Shown here: piece after piece, positions 1-10,927 of the stretch
Layout of the letters: each line of letters begins with the position of its first letter
Position numbering within the stretch: position 1 is the first letter of the stretch
Assembly (NCBI GenBank): GCA_032161105.1
Contig: JAVHTD010000001.1
DNA from: Candidatus Thermosaccharophagus tengchongensis
GTDB taxonomy: Bacteria; Armatimonadota; Fervidibacteria; Fervidibacterales; Thermosaccharophagaceae
Reading direction: 5' to 3' (one strand)
DNA: 64,000 nt
Notes under the pieces: generated by a model
What the model was told of the DNA's origin: nothing
What the model saw: only the letters and a program-made list of their open reading frames with translations
The model's database searches: none
Position numbers and translations under genes: made by a program

Positions 1-1405
1 CCTTTGCGGCTGTCACTTGGTCAATCCACACAAGCCTCCTTTTGCTTTCGTAATGCAACTCCATATTTATGCGCTCAAGCGTCACATCACGATATGGGTT
101 GTCAATCAGCGCCGAGATAACTTGCATCATCTCACCTATAGGTGACGATGTTGGGATGATGAAAAAGCCAAATCCGCCGGTCGCTCGCATGTCAAACATG
201 TTTTCCCTTTCAATCTTTGGCAGCCCGTCCAGCTCAACTTTTAAGCTCATCCTCATAGTCCCTTCTTCAGCCGGCGAGATGTAGACATACATGCTCCCAA
301 GGAGCACTGACAGGGTGAGCGAGTCAATGAGCTGTTTGTGCCTAACTAAGAGTGCATTGTATGTCCTGCGGAAGCCCCTCTCATCGTCCTTAACCGTGAC
401 CCTCATCGGGAGCATTTTCGTCTGGCGACCAATGAAGCCGCATGTGGCAAAGCTTCTATCCTGAGTGAAAGTCCCGACCGGCTTTATCGGCGTTGCCAAC
501 TTGAACGAGATTGACTGCCTTGAAACTATGTCCCAGACATAAGCCGTCGCCATAGGCATCTCAATGCTCCCCAACGAAAGTGCTGGGTGACCAAAGGCGA
601 GCACAAGATTGCCCTCAACCCATGTGGCGGTCCCGACAGCACTTATGTCAACATCACCATCTGCAAGCTGTATGGCAACTGCTGCACCCGGCTCAAGCTT
701 CGGCGAGGCGCTAACTGAACTGAATGCGCCAGTTGGTGCCTCCACAACGAGCAAGTTGTAATGGCGTAACGAGCGCCTCAAGAATTCAACTGCGAATCTG
801 TTGAGCCCGCCAACCATGAGCGGGGTAGCAACTGGTGTGAGCACACCAACACCCTCTCGCCTTGCCGCAATGGCTTCGTCATCGTTGCTCACAAGCACGA
901 CCTCATTTATGCGCTCACCATGTATGTTCAGGGAGCCATCGCGCGGGCGAAAAGTTGTGGCGCTTTTCTTTGGCGGCGCAAAGGCTGGATTGAGTGATTG
1001 AAGCATTTGCGCAATTGGTTGGACACCGGCAATCGGCACTTTTGAGAAACTCCATGCGTATGCGATTGCACCGATGAGCTTCTTCCCGACGAATATTGGG
1101 CTGCCGCTCATCCCGGCAATTACGCCCGTATCCCTCTTAACGACCGTCCCGCTATCAATGCGGACAAGTATCAAATCTTGGTCAAAGTCAACCCTGTGCA
1201 AGATGCCGATTATCGTGACATCAAATTCCTCAATCTTCGTCCCCTCAAACACGCTCCTGCCCTTCCCGCGCATACCCCTTTTGAGCTGGTCAACGGTGAG
1301 GATATCGTCAAGCGTCAGCGCACCCGCTGCGCTTGCGATTGCAAAGCAAATGGCGATGGTGATAAGCCATTTGCACAAAGCAAATCTCCAAGTGGATTCG
1401 TTCAT
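1..1405 (-). CDS. SpoIVB peptidase S55 domain protein, secreted (3' end runs off the window)
   Basis: Manual minus-strand translation from ATG 1405 gives MNESTWRFALCKWLITIAICFAIASAAGA (signal-like), then LKRGMRGKGRSVFEGTKIEEFDV and GVIAGMSGSPIFVGKKLIGAIAYAW. The GMSGSP motif and an AFGHP motif further on are typical of S55. RBS GGGGTGA. Absent from the ORF track because it has no stop in the window. Confidence 0.85.
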   Translation of the reverse strand, partial: MNESTWRFALCKWLITIAICFAIASAAGALTLDDILTVDQLKRGMRGKGRSVFEGTKIEEFDVTIIGILHRVDFDQDLILVRIDSGTVVKRDTGVIAGMSGSPIFVGKKLIGAIAYAWSFSKVPIAGVQPIAQMLQSLNPAFAPPKKSATTFRPRDGSLNIHGERINEVVLVSNDDEAIAARREGVGVLTPVATPLMVGGLNRFAVEFLRRSLRHYNLLVVEAPTGAFSSVSASPKLEPGAAVAIQLADGDVDISAVGTATWVEGNLVLAFGHPALSLGSIEMPMATAYVWDIVSRQSISFKLATPIKPVGTFTQDRSFATCGFIGRQTKMLPMRVTVKDDERGFRRTYNALLVRHKQLIDSLTLSVLLGSMYVYISPAEEGTMRMSLKVELDGLPKIERENMFDMRATGGFGFFIIPTSSPIGEMMQVISALIDNPYRDVTLERINMELHYESKRRLVWIDQVTAAK

Positions 1406-1903
1406 TCCCGTCACCCCTTGATACAGTTGGCTTTGATGGATTCCGCTCGGTGAGTTTACAAGGGTTTTGCTCACCTCATATCAGCAATGGATTATATCGC
1501 TTGCATTTGGGAAGCGCTTTCATGCCCAATGTGGGCTTGCTTGAGCCGTGTCTGCTGCACCGAAAGCGGCGCAAAAATTCGCGGCTTACACCTCCCGTTG
1601 GGCAAGTCAAGGCGAAGCCACAGGGGTTGCAAGATGGCTTGCTGAGAGAGGCTCAACATTTAGCAGGTAGACGAACAGACAAGCTTAACATGTGTTTCCC
1701 TGTTTGTGAAGCAGTTGGTCGCAGCGGATGATGACTTTTTGCTCGCTGTTTGTGGGAATGGGAAAACGCGCAGCCTGAGTGCCTCTCAGTTAACGAACTC
1801 AATCAGCGCATGGTCATGATGCGCGCCGACTATTTGCTGTATGAATGTTCCGCAGGCTGACTGCTTGGTGCATGTTATTGCATGATGGGGGAGCATGGGA
1901 CTT

Positions 1904-2599
1904 TCAATCTTGTTTCGGCAACGGCTCAATGATGACAATCGGTGTCAATTCGTCGCTTTGCCCTTGTGGGTTGTCCCTCAAGACCGCCTCAATTGTCCTT
2001 CTGAGCGCCGAAGTGATGTTTGATGATGCACCAACAACCCAAGAGCCACCAACATCGTTAACATCAACGATTGCCACCGGCAGTCCGTTGAGCGCCACTG
2101 AAATGCGTTCGGCAGTTTCATCCGGTTCCTTCGGTCCGAGGACAACCTCCTCCGGGTAGAGCGGACTTGTTCCGGCCGCATCTATCATCGCTGCCTGCTT
2201 CCCAGCAATGCGATAAAATACGCCCCTTATCCCAAGCAGGCGCAACGGACCACCTATGATGGCAGCTATGAGCACTCTAAGTGCACCACATTCTCGCATT
2301 GCCATCTCCATTGAGTATGGGCTGCGCAAGCCTATGCCGTATGGCACTTTGCGCACGAAGCGCCAAAGCAGGCGCGCAAGTAAACTCGGCTTTATCTCCG
2401 AAATGGGTATAACGCGACCTTGTGAGGATGCGACAGCGCTCTCACTTATTGCGATGATTATGCCCTCCTTCAAAAGCTCGCGCCCATATCGTCGGATTAT
2501 CTCAGCCCAATCTTCACCGGCTCGGACAAAGTGCGTCTTGACCAAGTGACGACGATACTGCGCGCCATCAACCTCAACGATGCTCTTTTGCTGTCTCAC
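1904..2599 (-). CDS. Coenzyme F420-0:L-glutamate ligase (CofE)-like family protein
   Basis: KTHFV..GED, IAISESAVASSQGR, AAMID, VVLGPKEPD, AIVDVNDVGG, LRDNPQGQSDELTPIVII. Confidence 0.7.
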   Translation of the reverse strand: MRQQKSIVEVDGAQYRRHLVKTHFVRAGEDWAEIIRRYGRELLKEGIIIAISESAVASSQGRVIPISEIKPSLLARLLWRFVRKVPYGIGLRSPYSMEMAMRECGALRVLIAAIIGGPLRLLGIRGVFYRIAGKQAAMIDAAGTSPLYPEEVVLGPKEPDETAERISVALNGLPVAIVDVNDVGGSWVVGASSNITSALRRTIEAVLRDNPQGQSDELTPIVIIEPLPKQD

Positions 2600-2715
2600 A
2601 GATTGGTTCCCACCTCAGCAGTTGCCGTTTTTGAACGCCGTGAATGGATTGTTCATTGATGACTTTGGCGCCGAAATATTATCTCGCTGTTGGCGTGCGC
2701 TTTTGTGAGCTGCCT

Positions 2716-3837
2716 TTAAAGCCCGTATATCGGGAACACGAGCTTCTTGATTTGCTCGCAAGCTGCCCTAACCGCTTCTATGACGATGCTTTGGGAAGTG
2801 GAAGGGTGCTTGTCCCTTAGCGATGTGAGCTTAATGCCATAGTGGCGTGCGAGTTCATTCCACTGCGTCGGTATCTCATCACCAACACTCGCATTCACCA
2901 TGATCGCCAGTGCGAGTGTCCATGCCCTGCAAACATTTCCGACATTGTATCCGCCACCGCCAAGAGCTACCCAGGGCTTGCGCATACCTTTGAAGCGCTC
3001 AACTGCAGCACAAAAGCCGTGCGTTGTCAATCTCCAGTGTGTTATCGGGTCGCCAGCGAGCGTGTCAGCACCGAGCTGCGTGACAAGAACATCGGGATTG
3101 TAGGCATTGAGCAACGGCATGACGACCTCATCCAACGCCATGACAAACGCATCGTCACCGGCATGTGGCAGGAAAGGTATGTTGATGGAATAACCTTTCC
3201 CCTCACCCTCGCCAATCTCGTCAACGAAGCCTGTTCCGGGGAAGAGGAATCTGCCATCTTCGTGAGTTGAGATTGTCAGCACCCTTGATGTTCGGTAGAA
3301 GGCGAATTGAACCCCGTCACCGTGATGCGCATCAATGTCAACATATGCGACCTTTTCCACATGCTTAAGGAGATAGTTGATCGCCACAACTGGGTCATTG
3401 AGGTAGCAAAATCCGGAAGCCCTATTCGGCATTGCGTGGTGCAGTCCGCCAGCTATGTTAAAAGCCACCTCCGCGCCCTCAAGGACGCACTTGGCTGCAG
3501 CAATTGATGCGCCGCATGCGAGCATTGAGCCCTCGTAGACCCCGGCGAAGACGGGGTTATCACCTGGTCCAAGCCCGTAGCGGTAAGCGCTCGGAAAGAA
3601 AAGACCGCTGTCGGCGCTCTTCAGGACTTCAAGATAATCGGGCGTGTGAAATGTGAGCACATCATCATCGCTTGCTGGCTGTGGCTCAACCAGTTTTACC
3701 AGATCGGTCAAGCCGAGGTGGCGCATGAGCGTGAATGTGAGCTCAAGGCGATACATCTTCATCGGATGGGTCGGACCGTAATCGTATTTGCGAAACTTCT
3801 CGACCCGTATGAGTGCTGCCGCATTGCTTGCGCTCAT
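2716..3837 (-). CDS. acuC: Acetoin utilization AcuC / histone deacetylase family Zn-dependent deacetylase
   Basis: HPMK..R, GGLHHA, SGFCYLND, YVDIDAHHGDGVQ, FPGTG, QLGAD..AGDP, GGGGY. RBS GGAGGGG before ATG 3837. Confidence 0.85.
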   Translation of the reverse strand: MSASNAAALIRVEKFRKYDYGPTHPMKMYRLELTFTLMRHLGLTDLVKLVEPQPASDDDVLTFHTPDYLEVLKSADSGLFFPSAYRYGLGPGDNPVFAGVYEGSMLACGASIAAAKCVLEGAEVAFNIAGGLHHAMPNRASGFCYLNDPVVAINYLLKHVEKVAYVDIDAHHGDGVQFAFYRTSRVLTISTHEDGRFLFPGTGFVDEIGEGEGKGYSINIPFLPHAGDDAFVMALDEVVMPLLNAYNPDVLVTQLGADTLAGDPITHWRLTTHGFCAAVERFKGMRKPWVALGGGGYNVGNVCRAWTLALAIMVNASVGDEIPTQWNELARHYGIKLTSLRDKHPSTSQSIVIEAVRAACEQIKKLVFPIYGL

Positions 3838-3875
3838 GTGATGTCCCCTCCAACCTTGCGAATGAGCGTTTGCTC

Positions 3876-4535
3876 TCATTTGCCCTCTCTGAGCAGCTCT
3901 TCAATCATGTCAACTGTGACATCGGCTATGCTCTCAACGATGATGTCCGCTTGCTTTAAGCGTTCCCTCGGATGTGTTGTGGTGACCGCGATTGCCTTCA
4001 TGCCGGCTCTCTTTGCGGCTTCCACTCCGGCGACTGCATCTTCAATCACGACGCATCTACTCGGTGGAACACCAATTGCAGCCGATGCCTTCAGAAAGAC
4101 ATCAGGCTCTGGCTTTCCCTTCGTGACATCCTCTGCAGCTATGCACACCTCAAACGCATCGTCAAGCCCGATTGACTCAAGCACAACCTCAATGTTCTTT
4201 CTCGGTGTTGATGAGCCGATGGCGAGCTTGTAGCCGGCTGACTGCAACGCCCTCACAAGCTCAACTGCGCCATTGAGCGGCTTTATCCTCCCCTTGGCAA
4301 CCTCGCGGAATATTGCCTCCTTCTCATCCGATAACGCCCTGAGTTCCTCCTTTGAGAGCTTGCGCGGGATGAGGTGCGGGATAATGTTATCGTTGACCAT
4401 GCCGAATGTCTCCCTGAAGAACTCATAGGTCATCGTTGTGCCATGCCTTTCCGCCCATATCTGCCATGCTCGGAAGTGGAACTCGGATGAATCAACGAGC
4501 ACGCCATCAAGGTCAAATATTACTCCCTTTGGCAT
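3876..4535 (-). CDS. HAD-superfamily phosphatase (beta-phosphoglucomutase-like)
   Basis: IFDLDGVLVDS, GSS, KGKPEPD, VIEDAVAGVEAAKRAGM. RBS GGAGGTGA. Confidence 0.88.
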   Translation of the reverse strand: MPKGVIFDLDGVLVDSSEFHFRAWQIWAERHGTTMTYEFFRETFGMVNDNIIPHLIPRKLSKEELRALSDEKEAIFREVAKGRIKPLNGAVELVRALQSAGYKLAIGSSTPRKNIEVVLESIGLDDAFEVCIAAEDVTKGKPEPDVFLKASAAIGVPPSRCVVIEDAVAGVEAAKRAGMKAIAVTTTHPRERLKQADIIVESIADVTVDMIEELLREGK

Positions 4536-4711
4536 CAAGGCGTGTATCACCTCCATCGTTCAAAGTTGGAATGGCTCGTGATTCGGCTTTGAGTCCCGGT
4601 TGATGGCGATTTTGGGAGCGCCAATTTGTTCAGCGCTGAGTTTGAACGAGCACACTGTTAATGCCGTTGACCGGCACATCAAGGTGCATTTTGGCGCGCA
4701 TTGGATTTTCC

Positions 4712-5845
4712 TCAAAGGCATTCACGCAATGTGCGCTCGTAAACTTGCACAACCCTCCTTGCGGTTTCATCCCATGTGAACTTAGCTGCATGTGCTCTTG
4801 CACGCTCAATCAACGCGGTGCGAAGTGACGCATCCAATAGAACAGCCGTAAGTGCCTCGGAGATTGCATCGGCATCATTTGGCTCAACGAGCAATGCCGC
4901 ATCCCCGAGCACTTCAGGCAGTGCACCACCAGTTGATGCAACGACTGGAGTTCCGACTGCCATCGCCTCAAGCGGTGGCAAACCGAAACCCTCATAGAGC
5001 GATGGAAACACCAAAGCCGATGCGAGATGATAAATGGCATGCAGCTCATTGTCGCTCACATAGCCCAAGTATTGTGCGCCGATTGACTTTGCACGCTCAA
5101 TCAACTTGCCATTGCCCCATGCTTTAGCTCCGACGATGACAAGCCCGATATTACCCATTCGCCTCCTTAGACGCTCGTATGCCTCAAGCAGTGTTGGCAG
5201 GTTTTTCTTCGGCTCTATGTTTCCGACGAATAGGACGAACCGTTCGGGCAGGGCAAGTCTTTGACGCAGGTGACAGATGATGCTCTTATTCACCGGCTCA
5301 AAGAAGCGCTCCTCAACCCCAAGCGGCACGACATCAATTTTGCTCTCGCTTACCGATAGTATGCTCACAAGCTCTCGCTTAACGGTTTCTGATGGAACGA
5401 TGATTCGCCTTGCACGCTTAATAGAAATGGGCAATGTGATTCGGTAGTATAGGCGGTTGGCTGTGCGACACCATTCGGGATGAGTTATAGCCAGTATGTC
5501 ATAGATGGTGAGGACAACCGGAACTGGGCTTGCAAGTATGGAGACATAGCCGGGGCAATGAAGCAAATGCAACCCGTCAAGAGCGGCGCGAAATGGCATG
5601 TAAAGTTGCTCGCACAGAATGCGCATGATGCGGAAGCGAGATGCGACCTTTAGGCGCACTGCCCTCATTGGGGCTACCTGATTGGTTGTGTGGGCAAGCA
5701 AGGATATGTCAAACTCAATTGGCAGGTAGACGAAAAATTTGTGTGGCGTATTCAGATGCATCATTGCCTTAAGCAAGTTGAATATTGAGCGCTCAACGCC
5801 GGTGAACCTTCCCCAGAGGAGGAGGGCGTTTATCCCGATTCGCAA
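4712..5845 (-). CDS. Glycosyltransferase family 4 (GT-B)
   Basis: TGVER, LTIYD, FVGNIEPKKN, FPSLYEGFGLPPLEAMAVGTPVV. Confidence 0.92.
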   Translation of the reverse strand: MRIGINALLLWGRFTGVERSIFNLLKAMMHLNTPHKFFVYLPIEFDISLLAHTTNQVAPMRAVRLKVASRFRIMRILCEQLYMPFRAALDGLHLLHCPGYVSILASPVPVVLTIYDILAITHPEWCRTANRLYYRITLPISIKRARRIIVPSETVKRELVSILSVSESKIDVVPLGVEERFFEPVNKSIICHLRQRLALPERFVLFVGNIEPKKNLPTLLEAYERLRRRMGNIGLVIVGAKAWGNGKLIERAKSIGAQYLGYVSDNELHAIYHLASALVFPSLYEGFGLPPLEAMAVGTPVVASTGGALPEVLGDAALLVEPNDADAISEALTAVLLDASLRTALIERARAHAAKFTWDETARRVVQVYERTLRECL

Positions 5846-6130
5846 TTTGCATCACTCCCGCTTTTGCGTTATCATTCGTTTTGAGGGACGGCTTAGCGGG
5901 CAATTTTCAGTTTAGCATAATATGCGCAACTGAGAAATCCCCGGAAGAATTTGGGATATTTTCGGAACATTTTGGGGATTATGGGCAAGTTTAGCATGGC
6001 AATATAATGGGTAAAAGGGAAAATGCCGCATGCTCAGTGAACGCTCGCTTCCCTATGTGCCCGAAAAACCGAATTTTTAGGCAAAGAATGGCGCAATAAC
6101 GCAGTTTGAATTTCGGGAGGGGTGATGAGC

Positions 6131-8014
6131 ATGCCGAAGGCAGTCGGAATTGACCTTGGAACTACAAACTCAGTTATAGCTGTGGTTGAAGCCGGTGAGC
6201 CGAAGGTCATTCCAAACTCTGAGGGCTCAAACCTAACACCGTCAGTTGTGGCGTTCACAAAGGATGGCACTCGCCTGGTTGGCATACACGCCAAGCGGCA
6301 AGCCATCCTCAATCCAGAAAGGACCGTGTTTTCAATCAAGCGCTTCATCGGCAGGCACTATGACGAAGTCGCAAGGGAGCGAGAAATGGTTCCATACAAG
6401 GTGGTAAGGGGACCTCACAGTCTGGCGGCTGTTGAGATTGATAGCAAACAGTTCACGCCGGAGGAAATCTCGGCTATGATTCTCCAGAAGCTGAAGCAGG
6501 ATGCGGAAGCTTACCTTGGCGAGGAGATAAAGCAAGCCGTGATAACCGTCCCAGCATACTTCAACAATGCCCAGCGCTCCGCCACGAAGAACGCAGGCGA
6601 GATTGCCGGGCTTGAAGTGCTGCGCATAATCAATGAGCCAACTGCGGCTGCTCTCGCATACGGATTGGACAAGCGTAAGGAGGGCACAATACTCGTTTGG
6701 GATCTTGGTGGCGGCACTTTTGATGTCTCAATCCTTGAGATCGGCGAGGGCGTTTTTGAGGTGAAGGCTACATCCGGCGATACGCATCTTGGTGGTGATG
6801 ATTGGGATCAGCGCCTCATTGAATATTGCATTGAGCAGTTCCGAAAGGAGACGGGAATTGACCTTTCAAACGACAGGGAAGCATTGCAGCGCCTTAAGGA
6901 GGCATGTGAGCGCGCCAAGATTGAGCTCTCAACGCTGATGGAGACGGAGATCAACTTGCCATACATTGCACCCGGACCAAAGCACCTGAACATACGAATA
7001 ACGAGGAGCACATTTGAGGCTCTCACTAAGGATCTGCTTGAACGCTGCATACCGCCATTCAATCAGGCTCTCTCCGATGCTGGGTTGCGTCCTCAGGACA
7101 TTGATGAGGTCATACTGGTTGGCGGTGCGACGAGGATGCCCATGGTTCAAAAGCTCGTTCGTGAGCTGACTGGAAAGGAGCCGCACAAGGGCGTCAACCC
7201 GGATGAGGTTGTTGCAGTCGGAGCTGCAATACAGGCAGCCATACTTACGGGCAAGATGGAAGATGTGGTTTTGCTTGATGTGACACCGCTATCGCTTGGA
7301 GTTGAAACGCTCGGCGGCATAATGACAGTGCTCATACCTCGCAACACAACGATACCGACAAGGAAGAGCGAGATATTCACCACAGCTGCCGACTACCAAG
7401 ACACCGTTGAAATCAAAGTCTACCAAGGCGAGCGTCCAATGGCTGCCGACAACAAGCTCCTCGGGCGATTCCACTTGACTGGCATACCGCCAGCTCCGAG
7501 AGGTGTCCCAAGGATTGAGGTTACATTTGACATTGATGCAAACGGCATACTGCATGTCTCCGCTAAGGATTTAGCTACCGGGCGTGAGCAGTCAATCACG
7601 ATAACTGAATCAAGCAGCCTGACCCGTGAGGAAGTTGATAGGATGATCCGTGAAGCTGAGCAGTTCGCCGAGCAGGATAGGAAGCGCCGCGAGCTGGCTG
7701 AGGCGAGGAACGAAGCCGACAACCTCATTTACCAGACCGAGAAGTTGCTGCGCGAGCACGGTGAGAAGGTATCGCAAACTGATAGGGCTGCAGTTGAAGC
7801 TGCCATAAATGACCTTCGTTCAGTGATGAGCAGCGATGATGTTGGGCGAATAAGGAGCGCCATGGATAGGCTCAAGGAGGCTATGGCGCGCCTTTCGGAA
7901 GCCCTCTACCGAGCTGCAGCCGGTGGCGAAAGGAAAGCGGCAGCCGGTGGCGGCGATGGTAGGGGCGAAGCGGGCGGCGATGTGATTGACGCCGACTTCA
8001 AGCCGTCTAATTAA
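6131..8014 (+). CDS. dnaK: Molecular chaperone DnaK (Hsp70)
   Basis: [48 protein letters not shown]-terminal VIDADF. RBS GGGGTGA before ATG 6131 (ORF track opens at 6122). Confidence 0.98.
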   Translation: MPKAVGIDLGTTNSVIAVVEAGEPKVIPNSEGSNLTPSVVAFTKDGTRLVGIHAKRQAILNPERTVFSIKRFIGRHYDEVAREREMVPYKVVRGPHSLAAVEIDSKQFTPEEISAMILQKLKQDAEAYLGEEIKQAVITVPAYFNNAQRSATKNAGEIAGLEVLRIINEPTAAALAYGLDKRKEGTILVWDLGGGTFDVSILEIGEGVFEVKATSGDTHLGGDDWDQRLIEYCIEQFRKETGIDLSNDREALQRLKEACERAKIELSTLMETEINLPYIAPGPKHLNIRITRSTFEALTKDLLERCIPPFNQALSDAGLRPQDIDEVILVGGATRMPMVQKLVRELTGKEPHKGVNPDEVVAVGAAIQAAILTGKMEDVVLLDVTPLSLGVETLGGIMTVLIPRNTTIPTRKSEIFTTAADYQDTVEIKVYQGERPMAADNKLLGRFHLTGIPPAPRGVPRIEVTFDIDANGILHVSAKDLATGREQSITITESSSLTREEVDRMIREAEQFAEQDRKRRELAEARNEADNLIYQTEKLLREHGEKVSQTDRAAVEAAINDLRSVMSSDDVGRIRSAMDRLKEAMARLSEALYRAAAGGERKAAAGGGDGRGEAGGDVIDADFKPSN

Positions 8015-8099
8015 CGGTGATGCAGAGATTGCCAAACTCAATTGGCATTGGCGGCTTCTTAAAAGCCGCCTGAACGACTGCAACAGGGGGTGGAATCCG

Positions 8100-9686
8100 A
8101 TGCGTTCGTTGATCACCTTTGTGAGTCATCGCAGGCGACTGTTTGCTGCAGCCATTGCGCTGGTCGCTTTGATTGGCATAGCAGCGGCAGTCACACTCTT
8201 GGTCGTTAGGGGCACAAATAAGGCTCAAGCCCAACAGGTTGGGGGTGCCGCGGTGCAAAGGGCAGCTGTTGAGGGACGGATAACGAATAACCCATACGAG
8301 TTAGCTGAGGCGCTTGAGCATGCGTTCGTTCAGGTTGCCGAGCAGGTTCGTCCAAGCGTCGTCAGCCTCGCAAGGAAGGTGAGAATGCGAATCGGCGGTG
8401 GCGTAGAGGAGTTTGAGTTTGGACCGTTTGAAGACCCATTTGATTTCTTCAGGCGCTTCTTTGAAGAGTTCGGAAGGCGAGCACCGCAAAGGAAAGAAGA
8501 AGGTGGCACGACAGAGGAGCTTGTCCCAGTTGGCTCGGGTGTCATTGTCAGCAAGGATGGCTATGTGCTCACCAACAGGCATGTTGTCAGTGGTGAATCT
8601 GAGGTCTTCGTTGAGCTTTGGGATCGCACGCGCTTTAAGGCGAAGCTTGTTGGTGCTGATGAGCTAAGCGACATAGCCCTCCTAAAGCTTGAGCTGGACA
8701 AGGATGGTAGGAAGGTTGAGCTTCACCCGGCTAAGCTCGGCGATTCGGACAAGGTTAAAGTTGGGCAGTGGGTCATCGCCGTTGGATGCCCATTTGGGCT
8801 TTCGCAAACTGTCACAGTTGGGGTAGTGAGCGCAGTTGGAAGAAGCCCAGCTGAAGCCGGTGCACCGCTTGAATACTCTGACCTAATACAGACCGATGCC
8901 GCAATCAACCCCGGAAACAGCGGTGGTCCATTGTGCAATCTTCGTGGCGAGGTCATCGGCATCAACACGGCAATAAGGAGCACAACTGGCGGGAGCATAG
9001 GCATTGGGTTCGCAGTCCCGATCAACACGGCTAAGTTCGTCATGCAGCAGTTGATTGAGAAGGGTAAGGTTGTAAGGGGATGGCTTGGTGTGCTCATCAA
9101 GGACATTGATGCTGAGATGGCTCGCCAGAAGGGATTGGACAAGGTGTATGGTGCATTGGTTGAGGAAGTGACGCCAAATTCGCCGGCGGAGAAGGCGGGC
9201 GTAAAGGTGGGCGATGTCATCCTTGAGTATGATGGCGTTCCGGTCAGGGATGTTAGCCACCTTCAGCAGATGGTCGGGCGAACACAAGTTGGTAAGGTTG
9301 TGGCTTTGAAGGTCTTGCGTGACGGGAAGACTGTTGAACTGAGGGCGCAAATTGGCGAGCGCCCGGAGAAGGTTGAAATTGCTCGCTACGGTGAACGCTC
9401 ATGGCGCGGAATGAGCGTTGCCGATATAACGCCGCAGCTTAGGAGGCAGTTCAGGATACCACCAAACATAACGGGTGTGCTCGTAATGCGAGTTGAAGAT
9501 GGCTCTCCAGCAGCGAGGGCAAGGATTGAGCCCGGGAATGTGATAATGCAAGTTGGGCAGCGCCAGATAACGAATGTCCGTTCGTTTACTTCGGCAACTT
9601 CTGAAGTGCCGGATGACCAAGAAGTGCCATTGAAGGTGTGGCGAGCTGGCGGAAGCGAAATTGTCATCATACCGCCAGCCAAGTGA
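8100..9686 (+). CDS. degP: DegP/HtrA (Do family) serine endoprotease, N-terminal membrane anchor, two PDZ domains
   Basis: Hydrophobic N-terminus. GSGVIV, TNRHVV, SDIALL, IQTDAAINPGNSGGPL; RGWLGV PDZ1 and WRGMSV PDZ2. Confidence 0.93.
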   Translation: MRSLITFVSHRRRLFAAAIALVALIGIAAAVTLLVVRGTNKAQAQQVGGAAVQRAAVEGRITNNPYELAEALEHAFVQVAEQVRPSVVSLARKVRMRIGGGVEEFEFGPFEDPFDFFRRFFEEFGRRAPQRKEEGGTTEELVPVGSGVIVSKDGYVLTNRHVVSGESEVFVELWDRTRFKAKLVGADELSDIALLKLELDKDGRKVELHPAKLGDSDKVKVGQWVIAVGCPFGLSQTVTVGVVSAVGRSPAEAGAPLEYSDLIQTDAAINPGNSGGPLCNLRGEVIGINTAIRSTTGGSIGIGFAVPINTAKFVMQQLIEKGKVVRGWLGVLIKDIDAEMARQKGLDKVYGALVEEVTPNSPAEKAGVKVGDVILEYDGVPVRDVSHLQQMVGRTQVGKVVALKVLRDGKTVELRAQIGERPEKVEIARYGERSWRGMSVADITPQLRRQFRIPPNITGVLVMRVEDGSPAARARIEPGNVIMQVGQRQITNVRSFTSATSEVPDDQEVPLKVWRAGGSEIVIIPPAK

Positions 9687-9725
9687 TTGGGCTTTCATCA
9701 TGGGCGATGAGCCAGTGATGCGCTC

Positions 9726-10880
9726 ATGACAGGTTCACATCGGGCGAAGCGGGATTATTACGAAGTCCTCGGAGTCCCGAGGAACGCGACCGAAAAGGAG
9801 ATCAAGCAGGCTTACAGGAGGCTCGCAAGGAAGTATCACCCGGACTTGAACCCCGGCGATAAGGAAGCCGAAGAGAAGTTCAAGGAGATAAACGAAGCCT
9901 ATTGGGTGCTCAGCGACCCTGAGAGGAGAAAGCTGTATGACCAATACGGGCATGCATGGCGTGACATCCATGCCGGAAGACAGGCTGGTGCTCAATGGAG
10001 CGAAGCCTATTCTGGCTCACCACAGGATTTCCAATTCAACTTCAGCGACCTGTTTGGCAACTTTGGGGATGTGTTTGACTTCTTCTTCGGCGGCGGACGA
10101 ACAGCCACAAAGGAGAGGGTTCGCACAAGGGCACAACGCGGACAGGACATTGAGCACGAGATTGAGATATCGCTTGAGGATGCTGTTTATGGGACCACAA
10201 GGGCGGTGACCATCACATTTGATGATGTTTGTGGGGCGTGCAGCGGGCAGGGTGGCATGAGGGGCACTTGCCCGAGTTGTGGCGGGACAGGTGTTGCCGA
10301 TTACAATCGCGGTTGGTTCAGCATTGGTGCACCATGCCAGAAGTGCCGCGGCAGCGGCACCATTATCACATCATCATGCGCAAGCTGTGGCGGCACCGGC
10401 AAACAGCGGGTGACTCGCTCGGCTGAAGTGCGCATACCTCCCGGAGTCGCTGACGGAAGCAAATTGAGGTTAGCTGGGCAAGGCGGCAGCGGTGTGTTTG
10501 GTGGGCAACCCGGCGACCTGTATCTCGTTGTCAGGATAAAGCCGCACCCATTCTTTGAGAGGCGCGGCGACGACCTTTACATTGAAGTGCCCATAACTGT
10601 TGTGGAAGCGGTCTTGGGGGCTGAGATTGAGGTCCCAACGAAGGATGGTCCGGTTAAGATGCGCATACCTCCGGGAACGAACAGCGGGCAGGTTTTCAGG
10701 CTGCGCGGGATGGGCGTGCCGCACCTGAAAGGGGGCGGGAGCGGCGATCAGTATGTGCGTGTGAAGATTGTTGTCCCGAAGAACTTGACTCAGCGGCAAA
10801 GGGAGCTGTTTGAGGAACTCGCGAGGGTAATGGATGACAACCCAAGGGCTTCAATGCCGAAGAGTTTGCGGAGCAGGTGA
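9726..10880 (+). CDS. dnaJ: Chaperone DnaJ (class A)
   Basis: [11 protein letters not shown] motif, G/F region, four CxxCxGxG repeats, C-terminal GDLY domain. Confidence 0.97.
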   Translation: MTGSHRAKRDYYEVLGVPRNATEKEIKQAYRRLARKYHPDLNPGDKEAEEKFKEINEAYWVLSDPERRKLYDQYGHAWRDIHAGRQAGAQWSEAYSGSPQDFQFNFSDLFGNFGDVFDFFFGGGRTATKERVRTRAQRGQDIEHEIEISLEDAVYGTTRAVTITFDDVCGACSGQGGMRGTCPSCGGTGVADYNRGWFSIGAPCQKCRGSGTIITSSCASCGGTGKQRVTRSAEVRIPPGVADGSKLRLAGQGGSGVFGGQPGDLYLVVRIKPHPFFERRGDDLYIEVPITVVEAVLGAEIEVPTKDGPVKMRIPPGTNSGQVFRLRGMGVPHLKGGGSGDQYVRVKIVVPKNLTQRQRELFEELARVMDDNPRASMPKSLRSR

Positions 10881-10927
10881 TGAGCTTGATTGCGCCTCAT
10901 AGCCGTTTCTTTTGAGAGGTGAGTTGA

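Noticed and set aside
5909..5997. TTAGCA as a CIRCE element
   Set aside because: Only partial left arms in direct orientation; no GAGTGCTAA arm at 9-nt spacing.
7986..8099. N-terminal extension of degP overlapping dnaK in the ORF track
   Set aside because: A GGGGGTGG RBS precedes ATG 8100, and the signal-anchor begins there.
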